Assembly: GCF_044324875.1 (NCBI RefSeq)
Contig: NZ_CP172185.1
Source: Escherichia coli
GTDB lineage: Bacteria; Pseudomonadota; Gammaproteobacteria; Enterobacterales; Enterobacteriaceae
Direction: 5' to 3' (one strand)
DNA: 64,000 nucleotides
The translations under genes and the position numbers were made by a program. The first letter of the stretch is position 1, and every line of letters starts with the position of its first letter. This document shows, in pieces, positions 61,271-64,000 of this stretch. The notes beneath the pieces are model-generated. The model did no database searches. It saw nothing but the letters and a program-made list of their open reading frames with translations, and was not told the DNA's origin.

Positions 61271-62417
61271 TCAAAGCTGAAAGCTTTCCGGCCCCCAGCC
61301 TAGCTGGGGGTTTTCTGTGCACAAAAATCCGGAAACGAGTGAGCGTTTCAGGATTCTTAAACAGACCCTGGATCGGTCAACTGCTCCTAAACTGATCGGC
61401 ATTACACCTGTCGGCTGCCGTTTTTTCAGCTCCGTGATCCATGGGCCGGGTTCTTTGGTCAGCAATGCTGCCGCCCTTGCCCCATGGATAAATAATGTCC
61501 GGTGGTAGGTATCCCCACGTTTGCTTATCCCCAGCATGCGAACCTTCCCAGCGGACCCCGTCTGCTTCGGCACCAGACAGACATAAGCGTCAAACTCACG
61601 TCCGGATTTAAATGCTGAGGCCTCGCCCATGGTGGCGACCACCGCCGTAGCGATTAACGGCCCCACACCGGGGATTTCCATTAGGCGCTTACAGTTTTCG
61701 CTCTGCCGTGCCACGCTGTTAATCTGTTTATCAAGGCCATCTATCTGCATGCCCAGCTCACTCAGTCTGTTGTACTGGTATTCAAGCACAGTGATGAGAT
61801 ACGGCGGCAGGTTCGTCTTCATTCGCTCTAGGGCTGTCGGTAGCTTTCTGTCCATCGCTGTCCGATCTTTGTGGAGGATTTCACCAAACTCGAGGAGCGT
61901 GCCAAGGGTATTAATATGCGAGGTTCTGAACTTCACCAGTTGTCTGCGCGAACGGTGCAGGACCAGAACTGACTGCTTCTCTTCCGTTTTAACAGCGATA
62001 TCTTTACTGGGCTGCTGTACCGCCATCCAGATAGCACGCGCATCCATCACATCATTTTTGTTGCCCATGACGAATGCTTTAACGAAGCGAGCTTGCAACA
62101 GCCGAACTTTGTGTCCCAGTTTTTTCCAGTTCCCTCGCCCAATGTTGGGAGCCTCCACAAGCCTCCATACCTATCAGACAGGGTTCCCGGTTGCTGAAGA
62201 ACGTCAGAAAATCCTTGCTACGTAGCTGCTTGTCCACCACTTCGCCCGTGTACTCATTGATGAAGTGAACCTGAATCAGATACTTTGCGATATCAACGCC
62301 AACCGGTGTATATTTCATTTGTGGAGTCGCCAGTCTGAGGGCGCTTTTGCATCCCGTATTGGGCACTATGATGCCGGAAATCTGAGAGGCTCCACAGCAG
62401 ACAATTTTACCCTTCAT
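61271..62417 (-). pseudogene. IS110-family transposase, frameshifted
   Basis: N-terminal ORF 62079..62417 and C-terminal ORF 61271..62158 overlap in different frames. Confidence 0.6.
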
Positions 62418-62556
62418 CCATCACAGTGCACCTCTCTTAACAGGGCAGGATGTGTTCAGTACATTTCTCCTTTTATGGTTACAGTTTATCCATCATGGCG
62501 TAATTGAAGGCTGTCGTGAAGGAGAGGAAGAGCATCTCATCACTTACAAACAAATA

Positions 62557-62577
62557 CATTAATGATAACCATTTGCA
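62557..62577 (+). promoter_or_regulatory. Candidate Fur box upstream of sitA
   Basis: ACATTAATGATAACCATTTGC, Fur-consensus-like. Confidence 0.45.
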
Positions 62578-62597
62578 TTTGTATAGATTATGCTATA

Positions 62598-62619
62598 AAA
62601 CATAGCCGTTGCTATGTTT
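62598..62619 (+). promoter_or_regulatory. MntR operator palindrome upstream of sitA
   Basis: AAACATAGC-cgtt-GCTATGTTT, perfect inverted repeat of MntR-box type. Confidence 0.6.
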
Positions 62620-62651
62620 GTTCTAATTTTGCTCACTATAGGTACTGAATT

Positions 62652-63566
62652 ATGCACTCAATAAAAAAATTAACCATGCTCTTGGGGTTCCTCGCCCTCA
62701 CCTGCTCGATCGCATTTCAGGCGAGTGCAACTGAAAAATTCAAGGTCATTACAACATTTACCATCATCGCAGATATGGCCAAAAACGTGGCTGGAGATGC
62801 TGCAGAAGTCTCATCCATAACCAGGCCCGGTGCAGAAATTCATGAGTATCAGCCTACCCCTGGCGATATTAAACGTGCGCAGGGGGCACAACTGATTCTC
62901 GCCAACGGTATGAATCTGGAATTGTGGTTCCAGCGCTTTTACCAGCATCTCAGTGGTGTTCCAGAAGTGATTGTCTCTTCGGGTGTGACGCCAGTAGGGA
63001 TCACCGAAGGCCCCTACGAGGGAAAACCTAACCCTCATGCCTGGATGTCGCCAGATAATGCTTTGATTTACGTCGATAATATTCGTGATGCGTTGATAAA
63101 ATACGATCCGGCAAATGCAAAAACATACCAACGTAATGCCGATACTTATAAAGCCAAGATTACCCAAACCCTTGCCCCCCTGCGTAAGCAGATTGCTGAA
63201 CTCCCTGAGAATAAAAGATGGATGGTCACCAGTGAAGGGGCTTTTTCTTATCTCGCACGCGATTTGGGGCTAAAAGAGCTTTATCTGTGGCCGATAAATG
63301 CCGATCAACAAGGAACACCCCAGCAGGTACGTAAAGTGGTTGATATAGTGAAGAAAAATAATATCCCAGCGGTATTTAGTGAGAGTACGGTTTCCGATAA
63401 ACCAGCGCGTCAGGTTGCGCGTGAAACCGGCGCACACTACGGCGGTGTGCTCTATGTCGATTCCCTGAGCACAGAAAACGGCCCGGTACCTACGTATATC
63501 GACCTTCTGAAGGTTACTACCAGTACGCTGGTGCAGGGAATTAAAGCCGGGAAAAGGGAGAAGTAA
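62652..63566 (+). CDS. sitA: Mn/Fe ABC transporter periplasmic binding protein SitA
   Basis: 304 aa; signal peptide; TroA/ZnuA-like cluster-9 binding protein; followed by an ATPase gene. Confidence 0.8.
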   Translation: MHSIKKLTMLLGFLALTCSIAFQASATEKFKVITTFTIIADMAKNVAGDAAEVSSITRPGAEIHEYQPTPGDIKRAQGAQLILANGMNLELWFQRFYQHLSGVPEVIVSSGVTPVGITEGPYEGKPNPHAWMSPDNALIYVDNIRDALIKYDPANAKTYQRNADTYKAKITQTLAPLRKQIAELPENKRWMVTSEGAFSYLARDLGLKELYLWPINADQQGTPQQVRKVVDIVKKNNIPAVFSESTVSDKPARQVARETGAHYGGVLYVDSLSTENGPVPTYIDLLKVTTSTLVQGIKAGKREK

Positions 63567-64000
63567 TGATGCAATCTGCGGGTATTGTCGTTAATGGCGT
63601 TACTGTCACCTGGCGTAACGGGCACACAGCACTGCGCGATGCATCCTTCACAGTACCAGGCGGATCTATTGCCGCTCTGGTTGGGGTAAACGGTTCCGGA
63701 AAATCGACGTTATTTAAAGCGATTATGGGATTCGTGCGTCTGACTACCGGAAAGATATCTGTTCTGGGTATTCCCACGCGGCAGGCTCTGCAGAAAAACC
63801 TGATTGCCTACGTCCCGCAGTCAGAAGAAGTGGACTGGTCCTTTCCTGTACTGGTGGAAGATGTGGTGATGATGGGCCGCTATGGGCATATGGGTATGTT
63901 GCGTATAGCCAATAAGAGGGATCGTCAGGTTGTCACCGATGCGCTGGAACGTGTCGATATGGTAGATTTTCGCCATCGACAAATCGGCGAGCTTTCCGGT
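63567..64000 (+). CDS. sitB: Mn/Fe ABC transporter ATP-binding protein SitB (5' part; continues beyond window)
   Basis: Read directly: MMQSAGIVVNGVTVTW...GVNGSGKSTLFKAIMGF...; open to the window end. Confidence 0.75.

Overview
This window reads as an Escherichia/Shigella-type chromosomal region: a short conserved backbone (xthA partial, ydjX, ydjY, ydjZ, ynjA) followed from about 5.0 kb by a P4-type integrase and a heavily decayed genomic island that runs to the end of the window. I found no tRNA, rRNA or CRISPR array. All identifications are from reading the translations and DNA by eye and from memory of protein families; nothing was searched against a database, and coordinates of IS ends are approximate (a few bp) unless a target-site duplication is given.

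The island carries iha (TonB-dependent siderophore receptor/adhesin), a divergent amiC-like amidase, sodC, a PerC-family regulator, a cytochrome b562-like protein, remnants of an ICE-type conjugation module, and sitA plus the start of sitB with Fur and MntR operators. More than half of it is insertion sequences, many nested in one another: IS629 x2, IS1 x2, IS630, IS3 carrying a group II intron, IS100, IS21, an IS66-family element, another IS21-family element, three IS110-family elements, and fragments of IS200-, IS1414-, IS911-, IS150-, IS2-, IS481- and IS5-like elements. Most non-IS genes are pseudogenes.

I did not find a clearly novel multi-gene system. The best candidate for a poorly understood functional module is the intact ibrAB-like pair (PAPS-reductase-like plus ParB-like) at 48926..50781. 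Other points worth a second look are the apparently intact group II intron inside IS3, a recurring pattern of in-frame amber codons in CTAGG/CCTAG context, and an A6 tract that frameshifts a secreted protein directly after its start codon.
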